Shown: positions 1 through 9,178 of the stretch, piece by piece
Numbering within the stretch: the stretch's first letter is position 1
Layout: every line of letters begins with the position of its first letter
Source: an uncultured Gemmatimonadales bacterium
GTDB lineage: Bacteria; Gemmatimonadota; Gemmatimonadetes; Gemmatimonadales; GWC2-71-9
Reading direction: 5' to 3'
Assembly: GCA_963843115.1 (NCBI GenBank)
Contig: CAWJJB010000007.1
Span: 26,128 to 90,127 of the forward strand
DNA length: 64,000 bases
Program-made: the position numbers and the translations under genes
Notes under the pieces: model-generated
What the model was told of the DNA's origin: nothing
What the model saw: the letters and a program-made list of their open reading frames with translations, nothing else
Databases searched by the model: none

Positions 1-77
1 GCGGCGTGCAGGGCATGAACCGGCGGGTGCTCGGCGTTCAGCATGGACGCCCGCGGCGAACTGGCCACGCTCAGTCA

Positions 78-1092
78 ATGGCACATCGCACCATGACCGG
101 GATCGTCCGCGCCATGGCACCCGTTCGCCTCGACCTCGCCGGCGCCTGGACCGACGTTCCACCCTTCTCCACCCGCGAGGGCGGGGTGGTCGTCACCGCA
201 TCCATCGCGCTCCATGCCCGCGCCGAAGCATCGCGCCGCGCCTCTGGCTATCTCCTCCGCGCCAGTGAACTCGGCGCCGAGCTGGAGTTGGACCGGCCCG
301 ACATGGCGGTGAGCGATCCGAGGCTGGTCCTGCACGCCGCCGCACTGCGCCTTCGTCCGCCCACGTCGCCGCTCGTGCTCAGCACATCGTCCGACGTGCC
401 TCCCGGATCCGGGCTCGGCAGCTCCGGCGCACTCGACGTGGCCATCGTCGCCGCCCTGGCAGCACTCGACGGCGAATCGCCCGATCGACTCGACGTGGCC
501 CACGATGCATGGCGGCTCGAGGCGGTGGAGGCGGGAGTACCGGGCGGCAAGCAGGACCAGTACGCCGCCGCACTCGGCGGGTTCAATGCCATCACCTTCA
601 ATGATCCCGACGTCCACGCCACGCCCCTGCGCCTCGACCCCGCCTTCTCTGCGGAACTGGCCCGGCGTATCGTGCTCTGCTACACCGGGGCGTCTCGTCT
701 CTCCGGGAACACCATTGCACGGGTCCAGGCGGCGTACCAGTCGGGCAACCAGGATGTGACGTCGGCGCTGTTCGAGCTGCGGGAGGTGGCACTGGAGATG
801 GTGATGGCGCTGCAGGCAGCCGACCTCGCGCGTGTCGGCGCGCTGCTTACCCGGAACTGGAGCAGCACAGCAGCGTCTCGATCCCGGCATGTGCACCGCC
901 GGGATGAACCGGCTCGACACCGCAATGCACGACGCCGGTGCCATCGGCGGCAAGGCCGCCGGATCGGGTGCCGGCGGATGCATGTTCTTTCTCGCCGGCA
1001 CCGATGTCGCCGCCGCGCATGCGGCAGCCACGGTGAACGGCGCCACGATCCTCCCGGTGCAATGGGACAGTGAGGGAGTGCGCTTGTGCTGA
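78..1092 (+). CDS. GHMP-family sugar kinase (galacto/heptose-kinase-like), interrupted by a 1-nt frameshift near 860-875. The N-terminal part reads in the frame of ORF 6..1073; the C-terminal GHMP_C part reads in the frame of ORF 832..1092
   Basis: PPGSGLGSSGA P-loop-like GHMP motif in ORF 6..1073. C-terminal GAIGGKAAGSGAGGCMFFLAG motif appears only in the +1 frame (ORF 832..1092). The region agcagcacagcagc is where the frames swap. Start could be ATG 78 or 93. Confidence 0.6.
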
Positions 1093-1185
1093 ACCAGCGA
1101 CAACTCGCCGAGCGGCGCAGCATCATCGCCGCCTCCGCCGACCTCGGGCGCTTGCTCCGTCCGTCTCGAGAAGCGCGCCGCACCG

Positions 1186-3783
1186 GTGCTCGACAGCGAA
1201 CCGTTCCTGCCGGCCGTCAAGGCACTGCTCTCGGTCGATGGCGGCGTCTGCCCCACCGACGGGTCGCCGCTGGAGTTCGATCCCTGGTCGCCCCACGCCC
1301 ACCGGTGTCCCCGGTGCGGCGAGACGTTCACTGGCGAACGGCATCATCGCTGGTGGGCCCGCTTCCAGCATCTCTGGCTCGGCGAGCGCATTGCCCATCT
1401 CGCCGCACTCGCTGCCTTTGGCAACAATGAGCCGGCCCGTGCGGCGGCATGCCGGCTCATCGTCGAGTACGGCGCCCGCTACCTCGACTATCCCAACCAG
1501 GACAACGTGCTCGGGCCATCGCGGCTCTTCTTCTCTACCTATCTCGAGTCGATCTGGGTCACCAGCATCATCTCCGCAGCACTCCTCCTGAGGGCCGCGG
1601 GTCAGCTCGACCAGGAAACCACCGACGCCGTTGACCTGATCGCCAATGAAGCCGCCAACCTGATTGGCGATTTCAACGAGGGCATGTCCAATCGGCAGAC
1701 CTGGCACGCGGCGGCACTCACCGGGCTCGCCGTCTGGTTCGAGGACGAGCCGTTGCTCCTCTCCGCCGTCGAGTCGAACACCGGGCTCCTCGCACACCTG
1801 ATGAACGGCTTCGGTGACGACGGCATGTGGTTCGAGGGGGAGAACTATCATCTCTTCGCGTTGCGCGGCCTGCTCGTCGGGCTGCACTTCGCCCGTGCCG
1901 CCGACCTCGACTCCGTCGCCGATCCCGCCGTGGCGGAATTTGTCGAGCGGGCGCTTGGCGCACCCACACTCACCGCGCTGCCCGACCTCACCTTCCCGGC
2001 GCGCAAGGATTCCCGCTTCGGAATGTCGCTCGCACAGCCGATGTACCTGGAGAACTGGGAGGCCGGCTTCGGGTTCCTTGGCGGCGAAGGCGATCTCGCC
2101 GGCTGGCTCGAGTCGCTCTACCAGGTGCCGGCGCCCCGCGCCATGCCCTTCGATTCATACCTGCACGAGGCCGGATTGCCGGCGCCGGCCACGCGGGGCA
2201 GGGAAGACCTCTCCTGGTGGACGCTGGCGGTGGCCCTTCCCGAAATCGCATCGGGTGTCGAGCGCGACGAGCCCGCGAGCGCGCTCCTCGAAAGCCAGGG
2301 ACTCGCCATCCTCCGGAGCGGCCATCGCTATGCCAGCCTCGAATGCGGAGTCCAGGGCGGCGGGCACGGCCACCCCGACCGGCTCCATCTCACGCTGTAC
2401 CAGGACGGAGTGTACTGGCTGCCCGATCCCGGCACGGGGAGCTATGTGTCGCGCGATCTCTTCTGGTATCGCAGCACCCTCGCGCACAACGCACCACGCG
2501 TTGATGGCGTATCGCAACCGCCCGGCGAGGCCGGCTGCGAGTACTTCGACGCCGCCGACGGCTGGTCCTGGGTTCGCGGCGAATTCGGCGACATGAAGCG
2601 AACCGTCGTCGCCGGCCCCGAATACCTGCTCGACATCGTGGAGATGTCATCCATCGAGCCCCACACCCTCGAGTTGCCCTGGCACCTCGCGGGCACATGG
2701 CACGTGGTGTCACCAGGCCGATGGGAGCCCGCCACGCTGGACGACGAGTTCATTTCCGACGTGAGCCGCTTCATGCCGGACCAACCCGGTGCTATCGAGG
2801 TCCACGCAACCTCCGGGGAGGCTGGACTGTTCCTCACGCTCCTCGGCGCGGATGAACTGCTCCGTGCCACCGGCCCAGGCGTTCCCGGCAGCCCGCGCGC
2901 TCCCTTCCTGATCGCCCGCGCCACCGGACGCAGCGTCCGCATGGCGACCGTCATCCTGGGCGAAGCAAAGGGGAGCCTCACCCTCGAGGGCGACCTCCTC
3001 ACCGTCACCCGCTCCGGCATCTCCACTCGACACAGTCCCCATCTCGAGGGCTGGCGCATCGACACGCCCGAAGGCGCCATCCGCCTTCGCGGCCACCGCG
3101 ATCCCGTCGACACCCTGCCCGGCACGCAGCCCCCGGGCTTCGAGGCCCACGCCATCGCCGTCGTCGCACCCGATCCCTGCCACGACGTCTCCCTCACCGC
3201 CGCCGAGCCAATCCTGCTCGATCGCGAGGACCAGTATCGCCGGAGCGAGGAACCATGGACCGGCGACGAATCCTTCCAGGCGCGTTGCTGGGCCGCGTGG
3301 AGCCACGACAGTCTCCATCTCACCATCGAGGTCACGAAGCCCGATGTCTGGTTCCGGCCCGCCGACGCCGCACCACTTCTCCTCGACAATGAAACGGATG
3401 ACATCAACAGCGATGGGGTACAGCTCTACATGCGCCCGCTCGCCGATGGCCCGACCTATGGATTCCTCATCGTGCCCGAGGGCACATCGAGCTTGCGGGT
3501 GCACGGCGCCGATGGAACCGAGGGCACGCCGTTGATGGTGAGCGGCAGCTGGGAGCCGACCGACGATGGATATCGGATCAACGCCGCATTCACCCTCCCC
3601 GGATGGGAGCAGGTCGGTTTCGGTGACATCATCGGTTTCGACCTGCTCGTCAACGAGATGCGCCCCGGGCGCGAGCGCCGCGCGGGACAGCTGGTGTGGA
3701 GCGGCGACGGCGGCTGGGTCTGGCTCCGTGGCGACCGGCACGATCCCGCCCGCCTGGGTCAGCTCGAGTTGGGTTCCGCATGA
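1186..3783 (+). CDS. heparinase II/III-like (alginate-lyase fold) protein with C-terminal CBM9/DOMON-like carbohydrate-binding module; no signal peptide
   Basis: GGHGHPDRLHLTLY motif typical of the Hepar_II_III family. C-terminal WxGDES...WAAWSHDSLHLTIEVTKPDVWF resembles CBM9-like domains. GTG start. Stop overlaps the next start (ATGA). Confidence 0.6.
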   Translation: MLDSEPFLPAVKALLSVDGGVCPTDGSPLEFDPWSPHAHRCPRCGETFTGERHHRWWARFQHLWLGERIAHLAALAAFGNNEPARAAACRLIVEYGARYLDYPNQDNVLGPSRLFFSTYLESIWVTSIISAALLLRAAGQLDQETTDAVDLIANEAANLIGDFNEGMSNRQTWHAAALTGLAVWFEDEPLLLSAVESNTGLLAHLMNGFGDDGMWFEGENYHLFALRGLLVGLHFARAADLDSVADPAVAEFVERALGAPTLTALPDLTFPARKDSRFGMSLAQPMYLENWEAGFGFLGGEGDLAGWLESLYQVPAPRAMPFDSYLHEAGLPAPATRGREDLSWWTLAVALPEIASGVERDEPASALLESQGLAILRSGHRYASLECGVQGGGHGHPDRLHLTLYQDGVYWLPDPGTGSYVSRDLFWYRSTLAHNAPRVDGVSQPPGEAGCEYFDAADGWSWVRGEFGDMKRTVVAGPEYLLDIVEMSSIEPHTLELPWHLAGTWHVVSPGRWEPATLDDEFISDVSRFMPDQPGAIEVHATSGEAGLFLTLLGADELLRATGPGVPGSPRAPFLIARATGRSVRMATVILGEAKGSLTLEGDLLTVTRSGISTRHSPHLEGWRIDTPEGAIRLRGHRDPVDTLPGTQPPGFEAHAIAVVAPDPCHDVSLTAAEPILLDREDQYRRSEEPWTGDESFQARCWAAWSHDSLHLTIEVTKPDVWFRPADAAPLLLDNETDDINSDGVQLYMRPLADGPTYGFLIVPEGTSSLRVHGADGTEGTPLMVSGSWEPTDDGYRINAAFTLPGWEQVGFGDIIGFDLLVNEMRPGRERRAGQLVWSGDGGWVWLRGDRHDPARLGQLELGSA

Positions 3784-4946
3784 ATGACTGGCCGGTCGCC
3801 GGGTTCACTTCCACCGGCAGCAAGCGTCCCCAGTTGCTCTACGGAGAAGGTGACCATCCGGGAGTGGCACTGCGGATGCGCCGCGCCAGCGGCTGCCGCG
3901 TTTGGGATGCGAACGACCGCGAATACGTCGATTGCCTCATGGCGCTGGGCGCGGTGGCGCTGGGATACGCGCATCCCGCCGTGAATCGTGCTGCGGCGGC
4001 GGCACTCGATGCCGGCGTGGTGGGACCCCTCGCACCGGTGCTCGAGGAGGAGCTGGCCGCGCACCTGCGGCGGCTGGTGCCGGTCATGGAGCAGGTGCGC
4101 TTCCTCAAGACCGGCGCCGAGGGATGCGCCGCCGCCGTCCGCCTCGCCCGCGCCTACACCGGGCGCGACATGGTGCTCGGCTGTGGCTATCACGGCTGGC
4201 TCGACTGGGCCGCCTCCGGTCCCGGCGTTCCCTCCGCCGTGAATCATCTCTACGACGTCGTGCCGTTCAACGACCTGGAGGGCACCAGCCGGCTGATCCG
4301 TGCCGCCGGGCACCGGCTCGCCTGCGTCATCGTGGAACCCGTCATCGGTGCTGAGCCGACACCCGAATGGCTGGCGCTGCTCCGCTTCGAGACCGCGCAT
4401 GTCGGTGCGCTCTGGGTCATCGACGAAGTGAAGACCAACTGCCGCATCGCGATCGGCGGCGCCACCGAGCGCTACAATCTCCAGCCCGACCTTATCGTGC
4501 TCGGCAAGGCCCTCGCCAACGGCTTTCCGCTGGCGGCAGTCGGGGGTCGCCATGCAGTGATGGAGCGCACCGCCGATACCTGGATCTCGTCCACCCTCGC
4601 CACCGAGTTTCTCTCCCTCGCCGCGGCAGAAGCCTGTCTCGGCGTCATGGAGCACGAGCATGTTCCCGCCGCCCTCCATCGAGCGGGCAGCCGGCTCTTC
4701 ACCGGGCTCCAGCGGCTGGCGACGGAGTATCCCGAGCTCATCGCCGGTGCCGCCGGCATTCCCGAGATGTGCCACCTGGAGTTCACCGACGACGCGATAT
4801 CGCGCGCCGTTGCCGTCGGTGCCGCCCGGCGCGGACTCCTCTGGAAGCGGTCGGCATATAACTTCGTGTCGCTGGCGCACGACGAAGCGACCATTGAACA
4901 GGTGCTCGACACACTGGCGGAGGTGCTGGGTGAGCTTCGCAGGTAG
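3780..4946 (+). CDS. class-III PLP-dependent aminotransferase (glutamate-1-semialdehyde aminomutase-like)
   Basis: Full-length similarity pattern to HemL/AT-III (VDCLMALGAVALGYAHP, VIDEVKTNCRIAIGG, ILGKALANGFPL). ATG at 3780 overlaps the upstream TGA. Confidence 0.8.
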   Translation: MNDWPVAGFTSTGSKRPQLLYGEGDHPGVALRMRRASGCRVWDANDREYVDCLMALGAVALGYAHPAVNRAAAAALDAGVVGPLAPVLEEELAAHLRRLVPVMEQVRFLKTGAEGCAAAVRLARAYTGRDMVLGCGYHGWLDWAASGPGVPSAVNHLYDVVPFNDLEGTSRLIRAAGHRLACVIVEPVIGAEPTPEWLALLRFETAHVGALWVIDEVKTNCRIAIGGATERYNLQPDLIVLGKALANGFPLAAVGGRHAVMERTADTWISSTLATEFLSLAAAEACLGVMEHEHVPAALHRAGSRLFTGLQRLATEYPELIAGAAGIPEMCHLEFTDDAISRAVAVGAARRGLLWKRSAYNFVSLAHDEATIEQVLDTLAEVLGELRR

Positions 4947-4952
4947 CGCCGC

Positions 4953-5756
4953 ATGCTGATCGACGTGCATGCCCACTTCTACTCCGACCGGTCGCCGCGA
5001 CAGGACGCCGCGCTCCGCAATGCCAGTCGCCTGCGCGCCGGTGAACGCATTGGCATCGATGTCCACGTTGCATCCATCCTCGGGAGCTGGGGCCTTCGCT
5101 CCCCCACCTACTTTCCGTCCCCCGACGACCTGACCCACGCCAACGCCGCGCTTCGCGCCATGATGCAGGAGCATCCCACCCGCATCCGCGGCTATGTCGC
5201 CGTCAACCCCAACTTCACGGCGCATGCGCTCGCCGAGATCCGCACTGGTGTGGCTGGCGGGATGATCGGCATCAAGCTGGCGGCCAGCCGCCGCGCCAAC
5301 GACCCGCTGCTCGATCCCATCGGCGTTGTCGCCGCGGAACTCGGCCTTCCGGTGCTGCACCACATCTGGCAGAATCGCCGCCACGAGTGGCCCGGCCAGG
5401 AAGCGTCCGATGCCACCGAGCTCTGCGAACTCGCCCTCCGTCACCCGCAGGCGAACTTCATCCTGGCGCACATCGGCGGCGGCGGCGACTGGCTCCATTC
5501 GCTGCACGCGGTGCGCGACGTATCCAACGTCTTCGTCGATCTCTCCGGCAGCGGCGTGGATGGCGGCATGCTCGAGCTCTGCCTGGCGCGGGTGGGAGTC
5601 GAGCGCCTCCTCTGGGGCGCCGACATCACCCTCTGTACCGGGTGGGCCAAGTTGCGCTACCTGGAACACCTCCTCCCGTCCAGTGACATGGAGCAGGTCC
5701 GCTGGCGCAACGCCGCGCGAATCTTTCCCCCCGATGCATTCGTGGGTGCCGTATGA
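4953..5756 (+). CDS. amidohydrolase-2 family (PF04909-like) metal-dependent TIM-barrel hydrolase
   Basis: MLIDVHAHFY N-terminus plus HH/HIGGGG motifs. Length 267 aa. Confidence 0.7.
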   Translation: MLIDVHAHFYSDRSPRQDAALRNASRLRAGERIGIDVHVASILGSWGLRSPTYFPSPDDLTHANAALRAMMQEHPTRIRGYVAVNPNFTAHALAEIRTGVAGGMIGIKLAASRRANDPLLDPIGVVAAELGLPVLHHIWQNRRHEWPGQEASDATELCELALRHPQANFILAHIGGGGDWLHSLHAVRDVSNVFVDLSGSGVDGGMLELCLARVGVERLLWGADITLCTGWAKLRYLEHLLPSSDMEQVRWRNAARIFPPDAFVGAV

Positions 5757-6529
5757 TCGACGTCAACGCATTCCTCGGTGGCTATCCCTTCCGCCGCGTG
5801 CCTGGCACCACTCCCGCCGCGATCCTCTCGGCGATGGATCGCACCGGCATCGCGGAAGCCTGGGTATCGCATCTTCCCGCCATCTTCTGGCGCGACCCCA
5901 CCGAGGGCAACGAGTGGCTCTACCATGCCACGACTGGTGAGCCACGCCTCCGCCCCGTGCCCTGCATCGAACCCTCGCTCGCCAACTGGACCCGCGAGCT
6001 GGCTGCCGCAGCCGACCGGCGCGTCCCGGCGATCCGGGTCGACCCCACCATCCATGGGCTCGATCCCGTCGGGCCGGCGATGCGCCTCCTGGCAGGAGCA
6101 TGCGGCGAGGCCGGGCTGCCGGTGTCGCTGGCCGTGCGCTTTGAGGATGCCCGTCAGCGGCACCCCAACGATCGCGCGGCGACACTACCCCCTGCCGCCG
6201 TGCGTGCCCTGGTCCGCAATGACTCGCGCGTGCGCGTGCTCGTGACTCATGCCGACCGCGGCTTCATCGAGGAAGTGCACTGGTCGCTCACGCCCGATGA
6301 GTCTTCGCGTATCTGGTGGGATATCTGCTGGATCTGGGGCCCACCGGAGGATCACCTCGAGCTGTTGCTCGACACCATCGGCGTCGCGCGCTTCGTGCTC
6401 GGCACTGGCATGCCCCTTCGTATTCCCGAGACCCCCATCGCCCGGCTCGACCTGCTCGACCTGTCGGCGTCGGATCGTGCGGCGCTCGATCGTGGCAACG
6501 CTGAGGCGCTCTCCCGGAAGCCGGCGTGA
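5753..6529 (+). CDS. second amidohydrolase-2-like TIM-barrel protein
   Basis: MIDVNAFLGGYPFRR N-terminus. ATGA overlap with the upstream gene. Stop overlaps the GH38 start. Confidence 0.55.
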   Translation: MIDVNAFLGGYPFRRVPGTTPAAILSAMDRTGIAEAWVSHLPAIFWRDPTEGNEWLYHATTGEPRLRPVPCIEPSLANWTRELAAAADRRVPAIRVDPTIHGLDPVGPAMRLLAGACGEAGLPVSLAVRFEDARQRHPNDRAATLPPAAVRALVRNDSRVRVLVTHADRGFIEEVHWSLTPDESSRIWWDICWIWGPPEDHLELLLDTIGVARFVLGTGMPLRIPETPIARLDLLDLSASDRAALDRGNAEALSRKPA

Positions 6530-9162
6530 CTCGGCTGGTCTTTCACCTCGTTCCACATGTGCACTGGGACCGGGAGTGGTACCTCCCCGAGGCGGCGCTG
6601 CGCGTGCGCCTCGTCGGCATGCTCGACGACCTCATCGACCGCCTCGTCCGCGATCCCTCGCTCACCCATTTCCTCTTCGACGGACAGGCGCTCCTGCTCG
6701 AGGACTACCTCCGCGTCCGCCCCACCCAGGCGACGGTGCTCGCCGGCCTCATCCGGAGCGGACGCCTCGAAGTCGGTCCCTGGTACGTGCTCGCCGACGA
6801 GCAGATCGTCTCCGGTGAGTCGCTCATCCGGAACCTCCTGGTCGGTGGGCGGATGGCCGAGCGCCTCGGTCGCCGAAGCGGCGTGCTCTACTCGCCCGAT
6901 GCCTTCGGCCACCCCGGCGTCCTTCCAGATCTCGCGCGCGAGTTCGGCCTCCGGCATGCGATCCTCTGGCGCGGCGTGGGGAACCAGCATGCAGCGGGAG
7001 ACGGGTTCTACTGGGCGGGCCCCGCCGGCGGCAGGGTTTTCGTCTATCACCTGCCACCGCAGGGATACGAGATCGGCGCCGACCTTCCCGCCGATCGCGA
7101 TACGCTCCCTGCCGCCTGGAAGAAGCTTCGCGAGCAGCTCCTCGCCCGAAGCTCTGGACCGCAGGTGCCGGTCTTCATCGGAGCCGATCATCACTGGGTG
7201 CACCGCGACCTGCCGCTGTTGCGCAGCCTCATTGCCGAACTGGAACCCGGCAACGAGGTGCGCATCTCCCGCGCCGATGCTGCCGTTGCGGCACTCGCCG
7301 GTGCCGCGCGCCACATTCCCGATCGCACCGGCGAGCTTCGCCAGCCAAGCGATGCTACCTGGGTCCTGCAGGGCACGCACAGTGCCCGCGCGCCGCTCAA
7401 GCGCCGCAACAGCGAGATCGAGGTGGCGCTCGAGCGCCTCGCTGCGCCGCTCGTCGCACTCGCCGGTGGCGACGATCTCCGCGCCTCGCTCGCCTTTGCC
7501 TGGACCACGCTGCTCCGGAACCACTTTCACGACTCGATCTGTGGCACCGTGAGCGACGAGGTCGTGCGGACCATGGAGGGTCGCTTCGCCGACGTCGAGG
7601 CGGCAGGAAGGGAAGTGAGCCGTCGCGCGCTCAATCGCATCGTCGGGCACGATCCCGATCGAGCGCGTGAGCACCCGGAGCGCATTCAGCCTCGCCTGGT
7701 GCTCTGGAACCCAGCCGTCCGCCCAAGGGGCGGGGTGGTACTCGCGCGCCTCACCGCGTTCCGGCGCGACGTGCTGGTCGGTCCTCCCGGCAGCCGTACA
7801 CCGCGCGTCGGCACCGATGTCGTTCCCGCTGCGCTCGTGCACGATGGCGTCGAGTTGCCACTGCAGTTGCTCCACCGGGAGCACACCACCGAGCGCATCG
7901 ACGCCGACCATCACTATCCCGACCTCGACGACGTTGAGATGGTCACGGTGGCGCTGAACGCGCCGGTGCTTCCCGGCATGAGCTGGACCAGCCTGATGCC
8001 CTCCGCGCCCCCCGCGCCCTATGCGCCCTATGCGCCCTATGCGCCTGTCACCATCCAGGATTTCTCGATCGAGAACAATCTCATCCGCGTCACCCTGCTG
8101 CCCACCGGCCGCCTCGACCTGCACGACCTGGTGCGCGACGAGCACTTCGATGGATTGCTCGAGCTCGTGGGCAACGTCGACCGCGGCGACACCTACACCT
8201 GGTGTCCTGTGGGCACGGAGCGCGTGCTCGAACCCGCAACCCCCGTTCATCGCCGGGTTGTCGCGGATGGCCCGCTGGCTGGCGCGCTCGAGGCATCATG
8301 GTCGGTGCACACCGCCACTGGCGCGGTCAACCTGAAGGTTGACATCCTGCTTTTCGCTGGGAGTCCGCTGGTACGCTGCACCCTGGCCATCGACAATTAC
8401 GCCACCGATCATCGCCTTCGCCTCCGCCTTCCCACCGGTCTCGGCGCGGCACCCCTCGTCACCGGTGCGCAGTTCGGTATCGTGGAGCGCAACGAACTCG
8501 ACCTGGAAGGGCAGGGGTCTCCCCTGGAAGCGGCGGTCGGTACCGCCCCGGCGCATCGTTTCGCCGTCGCCACGCGCGACCGGCGCGGGCTCGCCTTCCT
8601 CGCTCCCGGATTCTTCGAGGTCGAATGGTTCGGCGGCGACGTTCTCGTCACGTTGCTTCGTGCGGTGGGCCAGCTCTCTCGCAACGATCTCGACACCCGG
8701 TCGGGCCATGCGGCTTGGGCGGAACCCACACCGCTGGCGCAGTGTCCCGGACGGTCGCGCGTCGCGTTTGCACTCGCGCCGCTGGACCACGCCATGGTTG
8801 CGAGCGGAAGTGCACTGCCGGAATTGTGGGAGGATGCCTTCGTGCCGCTGCAGCCCACGTGGCTCCGTGATGCCGCCGGGCTCGGCGCCGCCGGCGACAG
8901 CATCGAGTTGGAAGGCGAAGGGTTGGTGCTCTCGACCATCAAGCCGGCGGAGGAAGGAACGGACGGCGTCGTGATCCGCTGCTACAACGTACTACCCCGC
9001 ACGGTGCAGGGCCTGCTCCGGTTCGGCGTGCCCCGGTCGCGCGCCATGCGCATTCGGGCCGATGAGCAGGATGGTCGACCCGTAACGCTCGAGGACAACG
9101 GCCGGGCGCTGCAGTTCATGGTTGAACCGCGGGCGTGGGCGTCCTTCATCATCGACCGATGA
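6526..9162 (+). CDS. glycoside hydrolase family 38 alpha-mannosidase (cytoplasmic; mannosylglycerate-hydrolase-like)
   Basis: HVHWDREW, VGPWY and SPDAFGH GH38 signatures. 878 aa. No signal peptide. Confidence 0.85.
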   Translation: MTRLVFHLVPHVHWDREWYLPEAALRVRLVGMLDDLIDRLVRDPSLTHFLFDGQALLLEDYLRVRPTQATVLAGLIRSGRLEVGPWYVLADEQIVSGESLIRNLLVGGRMAERLGRRSGVLYSPDAFGHPGVLPDLAREFGLRHAILWRGVGNQHAAGDGFYWAGPAGGRVFVYHLPPQGYEIGADLPADRDTLPAAWKKLREQLLARSSGPQVPVFIGADHHWVHRDLPLLRSLIAELEPGNEVRISRADAAVAALAGAARHIPDRTGELRQPSDATWVLQGTHSARAPLKRRNSEIEVALERLAAPLVALAGGDDLRASLAFAWTTLLRNHFHDSICGTVSDEVVRTMEGRFADVEAAGREVSRRALNRIVGHDPDRAREHPERIQPRLVLWNPAVRPRGGVVLARLTAFRRDVLVGPPGSRTPRVGTDVVPAALVHDGVELPLQLLHREHTTERIDADHHYPDLDDVEMVTVALNAPVLPGMSWTSLMPSAPPAPYAPYAPYAPVTIQDFSIENNLIRVTLLPTGRLDLHDLVRDEHFDGLLELVGNVDRGDTYTWCPVGTERVLEPATPVHRRVVADGPLAGALEASWSVHTATGAVNLKVDILLFAGSPLVRCTLAIDNYATDHRLRLRLPTGLGAAPLVTGAQFGIVERNELDLEGQGSPLEAAVGTAPAHRFAVATRDRRGLAFLAPGFFEVEWFGGDVLVTLLRAVGQLSRNDLDTRSGHAAWAEPTPLAQCPGRSRVAFALAPLDHAMVASGSALPELWEDAFVPLQPTWLRDAAGLGAAGDSIELEGEGLVLSTIKPAEEGTDGVVIRCYNVLPRTVQGLLRFGVPRSRAMRIRADEQDGRPVTLEDNGRALQFMVEPRAWASFIIDR
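8000..8046 (+). repeat. in-frame 9-bp tandem repeat (gcgccctat x about 4) encoding a PYAPYAPYAP linker inside the GH38 gene
   Basis: Seen directly: ...cccgcgccctatgcgccctatgcgccctatgcgcct... Confidence 0.6.
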
Positions 9163-9178
9163 AGCCGCCGGCGACGGT

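Noticed and set aside
6-1073. 355-aa ORF taken as a single intact GHMP kinase
   Set aside because: The last about 70 residues are low-complexity Arg-rich garbage. The true GHMP C-terminal motif lies in the +1 frame (832..1092).
3759-5669. 636-aa minus-strand ORF; also 6352..8250 (-), 15592..17217 (-), 18679..20322 (-), 34259..35494 (-), 36486..38138 (+), 38172..39773 (+)
   Set aside because: Each is antisense to a gene with clear family signatures and shows the R/G/A/P-rich composition of GC-bias ORFs.
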